From positions 62,001 through 126,000 of the forward strand of contig JANJGN010000024.1 in NCBI GenBank assembly GCA_026770705.1: 64,000 nucleotides of DNA, in the 5' to 3' direction. Source of the DNA: Isurus oxyrinchus. Its lineage: Eukaryota. This document shows positions 37,713 to 48,788 of the stretch, in pieces; the stretch's first letter is position 1, and every line of letters begins with the position of its first letter. The notes under the pieces were generated by a model. The model had not been told where the DNA came from. It did no database searches and saw only the letters and a list, made by a program, of their open reading frames with translations. A program made the translations under genes and the position numbers.

Positions 37713-39199
37713 GAAGTGACACATCCTTCAATTCCTTTGACACATTGAGGAAACATATTTATTCCTCTTAGTGCATTGAGAAAGCCATAACTCTCATCAA
37801 ACTGCCTTTTATTGCACTATGAATAAAGTTATATTCATTATTACCCACTTCCTATATGAGGTTCCCCATATTTTAATTAATCTGTGTACGACAATAATGT
37901 AGAATTGTTTCTCTCATTTGCTTCAAGATATATACATGGGTTTATTAATAATGTCCCAAGGTTGGACTAGACAATCTGACTTGAGAATTCACCACAATGT
38001 AAGTTATAATTCATTGTCAGTTAAAAAACAAAGGTCTTGAAATTCATTAGACTGCTGCTGCACTGCTATAATATTGCCACATTTCCAGCAAAGATACAGT
38101 TTGCAGCAGGAGATATCCTCGGAAAATTTGCCCAAACGTAATTCACCAGTTTGAAAATAGCAACCTCTTCTACCTCATGTCCTTCATTGTTTCCTCCTTG
38201 GCTTTGTCGTCACACTTGACCATGTTGCCTGACTCAGTTCTTCCTTTATCTTAAGCGCTGATTTGAGTAAGAGATTGGGAGGACCACAAGCAATGTACAT
38301 GGGACTCTGCGTGTCAAACCCGATCATTTACATTCAGACTAGCGGGAGGGACATAATTGTGTGTGACTCAGAGTGAGGTCTGTAACTCCCACAATGAGTC
38401 AAATAGCCTGCCATTTACTCTCTCGGCTTAGATATGAAGATTGGCCATTTGGATGCAGCACCAGAATCTAACTGTGAACCTGACATTATGTATCAGTCAG
38501 GATAGAAGAGTAGGAAATAGTAGGAATAAAATTTTCTGAGAGGGAATAGCAGCATGGTCGTTTAAACACAGTATGAGCACTTTTAGGAGGTACAACAAAG
38601 CTAGCAGATGTTCTTTTGAAGAGTGTGGTCCTGAACTAAACAAATCCTATAGATTGGACTCAGGCAGATTCTTGTGAGAGACCATGAGTTGAATAAACAG
38701 GTATCTGATTGCCATTATAGATGAAAATACCTGCAGAAGACTAAAGCCAATGTTTGTAATACCAGTACCTAAGAGTCTAAAATGTAGAAAGGGTAGGTGG
38801 AAAACTGGTACCTTCTGAATGGTATCCTATTTTCCTGGTTTATTGCCAGATTTCTGGTTTAAATGACTCTGCGCTTTCAATGCTATGCCATGCTTGAGAT
38901 AACTGTTTAAAATTACTGCCCCAATTATCCCATCCTGTCTCCCTGTTCAGTCGGGCTGAGTGATACAAACACAAACTGTTATCTTTTCATTCTAAATCAG
39001 ATACTACCAATGCTGTGTTGTTCACATTATTAAAGTCCTGAAAGATTCACTACTAGCACAGCATCATCAGTCCCTGTGTCACTGTCACATTTTTAAATAC
39101 CTGGGACGTTAGAGAGGACTCACACTGTTGGAGGACCATTTAACAATATTTCAAATTATCGAAAAATGGCTTTTAAATACGGAATATTTTTAATGTTGA

Positions 39200-40205
39200 T
39201 ATTCAACTGGATTTGGATGTCCTTGTGCATGAATCGCAGAAAATTATCTTTCAGGCAGAGCACACAATTAGGATGACAATTGATATGTTAGCCCGAATTG
39301 CAAGGGCATTGGAGTATAAGAGTAAGGTGGGTCTGCTGTAAATATATTGGGTGCAATTTAATGCCTTCCCCAGAGGTGTGTTTGGAAATGGGAGGGCATT
39401 GAATCGGGTGGGAGGATGCCAAATGGGGATCCTACCAACTACCCATCTCTGCCTTGATTAAAGCTGGGGCAGAAAGAATCATGGACAGCCTTCCTGCCAA
39501 CCACCAATTGAGGCCCTTAAGTGGAAACTGATGATGCTGATACCACCACTGGTATTCAATCTGGATCCCAGGGAAGGCCTGCTATTGGCCACAGGGGAGA
39601 CGCGACCCTGTCGCAGAATTAAACCCTGCCCATAGAGTTTTTGTGAGACCACACCTTGGGTACTGTGTACAACCTTGATCTCCTTACCTAAGGGAGGTTA
39701 TACTTGCCATAGAAGGGGTGCGATATCGATTCACCAGATTGATTGTTGAGATATGAGAACTGTCCTACATGGACAGGTTTAATAGAATTATTTCATATTC
39801 TCTGTTGTGTGGAAGAATTAGAGGTGATCTCACTAGAACATATAAAATTCTTAGATGCTGAGAGGCTGATTCCCCTGGCTGGAGAGTTTAAGGTTCGGGG
39901 ACATAGTCTCAGCATGAGAGGTTGGCCATTTAGAGTTGAAATGTGGAGAAATTTCTTCAGTCAGAGGATTAAGGATTTTTGGAATTCTCTACCCTAGAGG
40001 ATTGATGATACTCAGTCAATGAGTGTGTTCAAGTCTGTGATTGATAGAATTTTGGGGCATGATGGAAATCAAGGGATATGGGGATAGGGTGGGAAAGTGA
40101 AGTTGATGTAAAAGTTCAACCTTGATCTTATTGAATGGCAGAGCAAGCTTGGGGGGGAAAATAACTTACTCCTGCTCCTGTTTTTTATATCGTTATTTTC
40201 TTATG
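39200..40205 (+). mobile_element. Decayed CR1 3' part interrupted by a Harbinger-like MITE (39349-39631)
   Basis: RGHSLSMRGWPFRVEMWRNFFSQRIKDFWNSLP; insert GGGTGCAATTTAA...TTAAACCCTGCCC flanked by ATT/ATA. Confidence 0.7.
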
Positions 40206-40394
40206 AATGGCACAGTATAGATGGAGGCTATTACTCTCGATTTGGTGGCTCTTGGAATTAGCTATCCAATTAATCCTGTACCCCCCTGTTCTTGCCCCAA
40301 TGGTATAAATTATATTGCACATTGAGGATTAACCCAATTCACCTATAAAAGTGGTTTAATTACTTATAATTAATTTACTTATTTAAAAATTAAT

Positions 40395-41087
40395 GAGGAG
40401 TATTTTCTTCCTGAGTGGGAGCGGGCGCAGGCTGGTGCGCAGCCAATTGGCGCCCGTGATTGGCTGCATGCCACCATTTTACTTAGGTGGGCCAATTAAG
40501 GCCAGCCCAACGTGACGCGCACCCAGAAGCGCTGAGCGCTGCCTGTGCGGGCGGGGGGGAGGAGGGAGAGTCAGGGTCTGCACTCTTTCGTGCATATGCG
40601 CTAAAGAACACAGAAATCTCCCTGAAGCACAGAGCTGCCTTAGGGAGTTTAATTTCATGATCAAAAACTGAAAAAAAGATTTCAAATAATTATTCAAACC
40701 TATCCCCTCATGTGACACTGTCACATGAGCTGGGACATGTCTATGAATTTTATGAAAAATTTTTATTAAAGTTTAAAAACCTTCATGAAACTTCATCCTG
40801 CCCGTGGTTAAGGGTCCATGAAAAATGTGAAGGCCACCTGGGCTCTTGGCCTGCCCAAACCTTAAGGTTGGTGGGCAGCTCTGTTAATTGTTTTAATTGA
40901 TATTTAAATGGCTTTAATAGGCCTTTGACAGTTCGGTGGGCGCACAGCTGACTCCAGTGCGTACCCGCTGAACTGAAGATCTGAATGACGCGCGGTGATA
41001 TCAAGACGCATGCCTGATGTCACTGTGCGTCATTTTATACGTCAGCAAGCAGGCCCCACCTCGCACTCTGACCAGAAGATTCAGGCC
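40395..41087 (+). mobile_element. Harbinger MITE family A (copy 4)
   Basis: AAT/AAT TSD; same hairpin chain. Confidence 0.85.
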
Positions 41088-41634
41088 AATGAATAATTAC
41101 ATTTTTAAAGCATGACTGCTGATAATACCATTTGGGGAGTGATTGGAAAGAGTAACTGAGAGTAACACAGTGTTGAATTGATAAGATCATCAACTTACCT
41201 ATGCTGTTGGTTCTATCTACTGCTGCCATGGTTGCGCTTTACTTCAATTTTAGCAAGGGTTTTGACAAGGTTTCACATGACAGGCTTCCTTTAGATTCAA
41301 GGAAGTATGGCAGATTTGATCCAAAATTGGCTTAATGGCAGGAAGCAAAGGATAATGGTTCAAGAGTGCTTTTGTGACTGGAAAGCTGTTATCAGTCACG
41401 CCCCACAGGATTCATTAATCAGTTTCTTACTTCTTGTAGTTTATATTAATGATTTAGATTCCAATGTAACTTTAGGCCGCAGGAAGATATGGATGATCTA
41501 GTCAGTTAGTGTCAGTCATAGCATTTTTTTATAAATTGATTCATTATAATTTTTAAGTAAGCTTATTTTTGAAGCGAGCTGTGCTCAAACCATCACACAT
41601 ATCTTTGATCTGTTATGATATGAAGAGCTAAAGG

Positions 41635-42030
41635 TGCACTCCATGGCTTGAGCACAAACATCAAGGCTGACACTCAAGTGCTGTACAGAAGGAGTGCTGC
41701 ACTGTCTGAAGTGCCAGCTTTCAGATGAAACGCTAAACTGAGGCCCCATCGGCCTGTTCCATTGTACGTAATCCACAGCATTATTTTGAAGAAGAGCAGG
41801 GGAGCTGACCCAGTGTCCTGGCCAAAATGTATTTCTTAGTAAGCTCAGAAAAACACATTTTCTGGTCATCATCACTTTGCTGTTTGTGGGAGCTTGATTT
41901 GCACAAATTAGCTGCCATGTTTCTACGCTAAACAGTAACTAAATATTCAAAAGTATTTCATTGGCTGCAAAGCGTGTTGAGGAATTCCGTGGTCATGAAC
42001 AGTGCTGTATAAATGCCAGCCTTTCTTTTT
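41635..42030 (+). mobile_element. Deu-domain SINE
   Basis: GAGTGCTGCACTGTC..TTTCAGATGA..TGCTGTTTGTGGGAGCTTG..CAAATTAGCTGCC..ATAAATGC. Confidence 0.7.
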
Positions 42031-42573
42031 ACTCCTTCTTCGCTTCCACAGGAGTTGATGTTTGTTAGAAATGTGGTCCCTTTAAATGCCTTGATATCTT
42101 TCTCTGATGACCACTTTAGGATTTTCCTTGAGATTATTTTTATACAGCTAAGGACCTAAAATAAACTTAGCTTTAGCCATTAAAGTTTATTGTAGGGGGC
42201 AATATTTAAACAGGTGGACAGGTTTCATTAAAGGGTATCACCGCTGAAGATAGGTCAGTGCATTGTTGGAGTAATTTGACATTAGCTACGTTTAACTCCT
42301 CTATTCCCAGTTAAAGAGAATTTTAATTTGTCCATTGACTTTCTATGGTAAATGGAGTCTTTTTAGAAACGGTTGAATGCTATGATGGAAGATTGTGAAT
42401 TGTGCTGTGGTGAGCCAAATAGTCTATCTAATGAAACATATTTTCTAAAGGACCAACGTTGCTGATACCCTGTGAGTGAACTGTCCTAGCATCATAACTG
42501 AGAAGACTCATACAGAAGTTAGGGGTTACCAGCAAACATTAAGTATTAAAATATCTTGTATTTATTTTTCCAG

Positions 42574-42601
42574 ATCCAGTTAATGTATCCATGGAACTAA
42601 G
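42574..42601 (+). CDS. Candidate 28-nt cytoplasmic micro-exon of the IgSF receptor
   Basis: Strong acceptor tttatttttccAG and donor AAG|GTAAGA in unique sequence; a phase-1 join to the TM exon reads ..MK-DPVNVSMEL(R/S) with no stop. Confidence 0.55.
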
Positions 42602-43014
42602 GTAAGAACCATTATTGAAGTTGCTCATTAACTTTTTCTGCAGCCACTTTCATGCTAAATAGTGCTTTTAACATGACAAGAAGTTATGTGTTTTAACTAA
42701 AATGTGTATATTTTTAATGAGATACATTTATTTCATATTGTGTCAGCTCTTGTAGAAACCAGCTCCATTGAATTTATGTAATTTCAAGAGCCTGACATTC
42801 GACAGCCAGGTCACATGATTCTCTCATTCAGCTCATACCACCAAATATGTCGATCACAGTCGCATAGACTTTCCTGAAATAGCATGACTAGCAGGTTACA
42901 CTGGCCTTTGTCTCAGCGAGATACACCAAAATTTCCTGGGAAACTCATTAGCATTCCCTGGAATATTCAAACTGGTGAAAAACAATAGGAAATCGATGTA
43001 AGCAACAGAGGCAT

Positions 43015-45871
43015 GGGCCAGAATTTTGACGTGGGCGTGTGGGGACAGGCCCAATACGCTGATGTGCAAAATGACGCCAGATGTCATCGGGCGTGCGTCC
43101 CCACATCATCGCGTGTCATTTAGATCTTTTGTTTGGCGAGCACGCACCGGAGGCAGCTGCACGCCCGCCGAACTGTCAAAGACCTATTAAGCCTATTAGG
43201 GAAGTCGTTTAGATAATTAACAGTGCTGCCCGGCAGATGAAGAGCCCAAGCGGCCTTCGCATTTTTCAGGAAGCTTCATCCATGGGCAGGATGAGATTTC
43301 CTGAAGGTTTTATTACATAAATAAAGCTTTTTTGCACAATTCATGAACATGCCCCAGCTCATATGACACTATCATATGAGGGGACATAGAGTCATAGAGG
43401 TCTACAGCACAGAAAAAGGCCCTTCGGCCCATCGAGTCTGTGCTGATCAAACAAGTGCCTAACTATTCTAATCCCATTTTCCAGCACTAGGCCTATAGGC
43501 TGTTATGCCATGGCATCACAAGTGCAATCCAAATACTTCATAAATGTTATGAGGGTTTCTGCCTCTACCACCCTTTCAGGCAGTGAGTTCCAGATTCCCA
43601 CCACCCTCTGGGTGAAAAAATTCTTCCTCACATCCCCTCTAAACCTCCTGCCCCTTACCTTAAATCTATGCCCCCTGGTACCAAGGGGAAAATTTCCTTC
43701 CTGTCTACCCTATCTATGCCCCTCATAATTTTATACACCTCAATCATGTACCCCCTCAATGTCCTCTGCTCCAGGAAAATAACCCCAGTCTATCCAATCT
43801 CTGCTCATAACTAAAACTCTCCAGCCCAGGCAACATCTTGGTAAATCTCCTCTGCACTCTCTCCAGTGCAATCACATCCATCCTATAATGCGGATTCCAA
43901 AACTGCATGCAATACTCTAGCTGTGGCCTAACCAGTGTTTTAAACAGTTCCAGCATAACCTCCCTGCTCTTATATTCTATGCCTCGGCTAATAAAGGCAA
44001 GTATCCCATATGCCTTCTTAACTACCTTATCTACCTGCCCCGCTACCTTAAGGGACCAGTGGACACGTACACCAATGTCCCCCTGATCCTCGGTACTTCC
44101 CAGGGTCCTACCATTCATCATGTATTCCTGTGACTTGTTTGTCCTGCCCAAGTGCATCACCTCACACTTACCTGGATTAAATTCCATTTGCCACTGATCA
44201 GCCCATCTGACCAGCCCATCTATGATCTCCTGTAATCTAAGACTATCCTCCTCACTATTTACCACCCCACCAATGTTCGTGTCATCCACAAACTTACTGA
44301 TCAACCCTCCTACATCCAAGTCTAAATCATTTATGTTTACCACAGACAGCAAGGGACCCAACACCGATCCCTGTGGAACCCCACTGGACACAGGCATCCA
44401 GTCACAAAAACATCCCTCCACTGTCACCCTCTGCTTCCTGCCACTCAGCCAATTCTGAATCCAATATGCCAAATTGCATTGGATCCCATGGGCTCTTACC
44501 TTCGTTACCAGTCTCCCATGTGGGACCTTATCAAAAGCTTTGCTGAAGTCCAAATAGACTACATAAAATGCATTGCCTTCATCTACACACCTGGTCACCT
44601 CTTCAAAAAATTCAATCAACTTGGTCAGACATGACCTCCCCTTAACAAAACAATGCTGACTGTCCTTAATTAATCCCTGCCTCTCCAATGTAGGTTAATT
44701 ATGTCCCTCAGAATTGCTTCCAATAGTTTCCCCACCATTGAGGTTAGACTGACTGGCTTGTAGTTCCTTGGTTTATCCCTTCTTCCCTTCTTGAATAACG
44801 GTACCACATTGGCTGTCCTCCAGTCCTCTGGCACCTCTCCTGTGATCAGAGAGGTATTGAAAATTATTGCCAGTGCCCCTCTATCTCCTCCTTTGCCTCA
44901 CTCAACAGCCGGGGATACATCTCATCCGGGCCTGCAGATTTTTCTATTTTTAAGCCTGCCAGACCACTTAGAACCTCCTCCATTTCTATGCTAATTTCTT
45001 TAATTATATCACAGTCCTTCTGCCTGATTTCCATACCCACGTCGTCCCTCTCACTTGTGAACACCGACACAAAGTATTCATTTAGAACCCTATCTACGTC
45101 TTCCGGCTCCACACAGAAATTACCACTACGGTCCTAAATGGGCCCAACCCTTTCCCTAGTTGTCCTCATAGTCTTAATGTACTAGTAAAATAGCTTTGGA
45201 TTTTCCTTTATTTTCACCTGCCAATGTTTTTCATGCTCCCTTTTTGCTCTTTCATGAATTATCCTCGTACTCTTAATGTACTTGTAATATAACTTTGGGT
45301 TTTCCTTTATTTTATCTGCCAATGTTTTTTCATGCTCCTTTTTTGCTCTCCTAATTTCTTTTTAAAGTTCCCCTCTACACATTCTATACTCCTCCAGGGT
45401 TTTGAGCCCTCGATACCTGCCATAAGCCTCCCTTTTTCTCTTTATCCAATCCTGTATATCCTTCGACATCCAGGGTTCCCTGGATTTGTTGGTCCTACCC
45501 TTTATCTTTAGGAATACATTGGCCCTGTACTCTCCCTATTTCCTTCTTGAATGAGTCCCACTGCTCTGACGCAGACATGTCTAAATAAATTTAAACTTTA
45601 TTATTTATGAACTTTTATCATGTACTTAATCTCCCTGAGGCAGCACCATGCCTCAGAGAGATTTCTGCACTCTTAGATGAGCATGCACGAAATAGTACAG
45701 GCCATGACTCTCCCTTGTCCCTCGGCTGGCTCAGGTAGCACTGAGTGCTATGGAATGCGTTTTACAGTAAGGCCTACTGATGTAAAATGGCGGCACACAG
45801 CTGATCGCGGGCGGTGTTCAGCTCCGCGCCCACTCCTGACCAGCCCACCCGACATGCAGAAAATTCTTCCC
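43015..45871 (-). mobile_element. Harbinger MITE family A (copy 5), split by a CR1 insertion
   Basis: 43015-43387 and 45574-45871 rejoin at GACAT into the reverse complement of family A. Confidence 0.8.
43388..45573 (-). mobile_element. Relatively young CR1 LINE (RT domain and 3' UTR)
   Basis: 310-aa ORF 43756-44688: SCLTKLIEFFE, YLDFSKAFDKVPH, GVPQGSVLGP, KFVDDT; (CTCTATGA)n tail; possible GACAT TSD. Confidence 0.93.
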
Positions 45872-47094
45872 CTGAAGAAAGCAGCAAATTTAGAACCATA
45901 TTCCTCCTTCAAGTCTCCCTGTGTGCATTAAAATTAATATCTGAATCTGTCAAACATCATTTATGCACATTTGACGCTTAACATACAAGAAAATGCAATT
46001 GTTGAACGTTTTCCTCAATTAATAAGAGTTCATCTAATGCTCAATGCTTAAATAAAAAAGTATTACCAGTTTGCCATGTATGCGATAGTGAGATGAATGC
46101 TTTCAGTTAATGGCTGAATTGCCATTCTATTGTCTACTCTTCTGAATAAAATATATTTTAAGGTGCAGTGATTTTGTTTCCTTTCAAACCTTGATTTGCA
46201 CCCTTGTCAAAAATAATTTAGAAGCTCAAAACTTACAGCTCATTTTTATGGAAGGGGATTTTAGTGATGTATGGATGAGATTTTAACCTCAATAAATACA
46301 CATGCATAGACTTGTAATTCATTCCATATCGTTGAGTCAAGGTCACTATTTGGCTTATCTATAGATACTTTTAATAAGCCTCTACTGTTTTGCAATAGAA
46401 ATGTTTTGTAGTACTCTTTGACATTGGTACTTTCTTTAATATTCTGCATGGCAGAATAGAATAATATCATAGGCTCAGCAGCACGTTGGAACTTTGAACA
46501 TAAGGGTTCAGAGGAGCGCAAAGACTTTGATTGCTCAGCTTTTAAATGCCAGCTGTATGTTTAACCTTAGCAAAGTACTAATGGGATATTTCAGATATTA
46601 GAACTAGTTTCACTGGAGCAGAGGAGGCTAAAAGGTACTTACATGGAGGTTATTAAAAATATGAAGGGTATTGTAAGGGAGAATGACAAAAGACTATTTT
46701 CTCTGAAGGGGAAAATTTGTGACAAAAGATCACCAATTTAAAATATTTACCAAGAGATTTGCCATTTCTATATGCAGAGGGTTGTTAGAATTTGGAATAC
46801 TTTGCTGCAAGAAATAGTTGTGAGAGAGAGAGAATTGTACTTCTAAAGGGAAAAGAGGATTAAAATAGAGGAAGGTACAGACTGATGGATAATAAGACCA
46901 GAGCATTGGGGTTCATTTAGGTTTGCTCTAGTAAAGAATTAGCACAGATATGATGGACTGAAAGGCCTTGTTTTTTGCTATGAGAGAGTCCTTGCTAACA
47001 CCATAAAGTCTTAAATCTAGCATATACTTCAGTTGGATTGAGACAGTGAAATTATGGACAGATGTGTTCAACGGAGTTTATGTGGTTTCCCAAT

Positions 47095-47716
47095 CAGGTA
47101 TACAGGATCCTAGGCTTTATAACTTTAACTTTATAGAGGGAAGGAGGATAAAAACAATGATGAACCTTTATAAAACACTGGCTCTGCCTCAAATGGGGTA
47201 TAGAGTCCAATCCTAAACACCACACTTTAGGAAAGATGTGAAGGCATAATAGAGGGTGCAGAAAAGATTAACAAGAATGGTTCTGGGGATGAGAGGCTTC
47301 AGTTATGAAGATAGATTGATGAATCTGGGGCTGTTCTCTTTAGAGAAGTGAAGGTTAAGAGGAGATTTGATAGAGGTGTTCAAAAGCATGGACAGAATAG
47401 ATAGGGAGAAACCATTCCCATTAGCAGAAGGGTCAAGTACCAGATGACACTGATTTAAGGTGCTTGGCAAAAGCAATGGTGACATGAAGAAAAGTTTATT
47501 TATGCAGAGAGTGCTTAGGGTCTAGAATGAACTGCCTGAGAGTTGGTGGAGCTTAATTCAGTTGTGGCTTTCAAAAGTGAATTGGAAAATTATCTGAAGA
47601 GAAAAAAAATTGCAAGGCTGACGGAAAACGCAGGGGAGCAGGGTAAGCTACAGAGAGCTGGCATGGAAAGAATGGGCCAAATGTCCTCCTTCAGTGCTGT
47701 AACCATTCTATGATTC
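47095..47716 (+). mobile_element. CR1 3' fragment
   Basis: AGAGGGTGCAGAAAAGATTAACAAGAATGG, AGAGGAGATTTGATAGAGGTGTTCAAAA, tail CTGTAACCATTCTATGATTC. Confidence 0.8.
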
Positions 47717-48504
47717 ACATGGCATAATTACAGAGCTCTTGTGGTGAAAATTAAAATGCAGAACTAAAGAATTGTACAGAATCCTGGAACTTTTAATTAA
47801 CAGCATTGAAGAATGAGTTTGGTTCTTGTTATGTTTTTGACTGAGATGCAGGGTGCTGCATTAATCTCAAATAGTTAAGCATTTCAGAGCAGAGCAGTAT
47901 TATGTGTTATTCTCATGACATTCAGTGGCCTAATGTGACACAGAACTCTTATTGAAACCACAATAAATGATTGCCTGACCATATTTGCTAAATGAAGTAA
48001 AGTGCTACCATGGTCATGCAGTTGACAATAGCTGGTACACTATCAATTATGACTGCAAGTGCTTGCAAGCATCAGTGGGTTTCATAAATATACAGATCTT
48101 TGCTTAGTGATAATGAGATGGTTATTCACCATGACTAAGATTTATATAATTTGTGGTTTGACTATTGATGCCTTGCCTTTCCTCCTCACTATATGCTAAC
48201 CTTGACAGCCTTAACAGAGAGCTGCTGTATGATTATTATTCGATTCACTAGAGTACCACCGCAATCCAGTGGGAATGGATTCCTAAATTCTGCATCTCCC
48301 AGTCATCATTTGTCTTTTATTTTTAGCAATGCCTTATTTTTGAAGGTGCTGGTGTTTACTGGGATAAGCGAGAAATCTTAACTGAACTCTGATAAACTCC
48401 TAAGCTCTGTTACGAGTGGGTAAGGAGGCATGAGCTGGCTACCCTTTTATTCCGCCCCCCTCTTTTGGTTGCAGCAATGGTTTTAAAAATTAATTTCCCC
48501 CGTA

Positions 48505-48788
48505 GTCTTTTGATTATCTGCTCGTATCACTGCTTGCTTGTTCTTACAACCACACCACCCCCAACTTCTCTCCCCCCACCCAACCCCCCTCCACCCCCCC
48601 TCCCCCACCTTAAACCAGCTTATATTTCACCCCTCTCAGATTCACTCAGTTCTGTTGAAGGGTCATGAGGACTCGAAACGTCAACTCTTTTCTTCTCCGC
48701 CGATGCTGCCAGACCTGCTGAGTTTTTCCAGGTAATTCTGTTTTTGTTTTGGATTTCCAGCATCCGCAGTTTTTTTATTTTTATCTCT
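48505..48788 (+). mobile_element. Solo PLE 3' end
   Basis: Homologous to 29660-29948; no inverted arm or TSD seen. Confidence 0.85.
48648..48686 (+). ncRNA. Hammerhead-like motif (U6 core)
   Basis: AGTTCTGTTGAAGGGTCATGAGGACTCGAAACGTCAACT. Confidence 0.68.

Noticed and set aside
48327-48381. Possible phase-2 terminal exon (SNALFLKVLVFTGISEKS*) after the micro-exon
   Set aside because: Only a plausible acceptor; no signalling motif or other support
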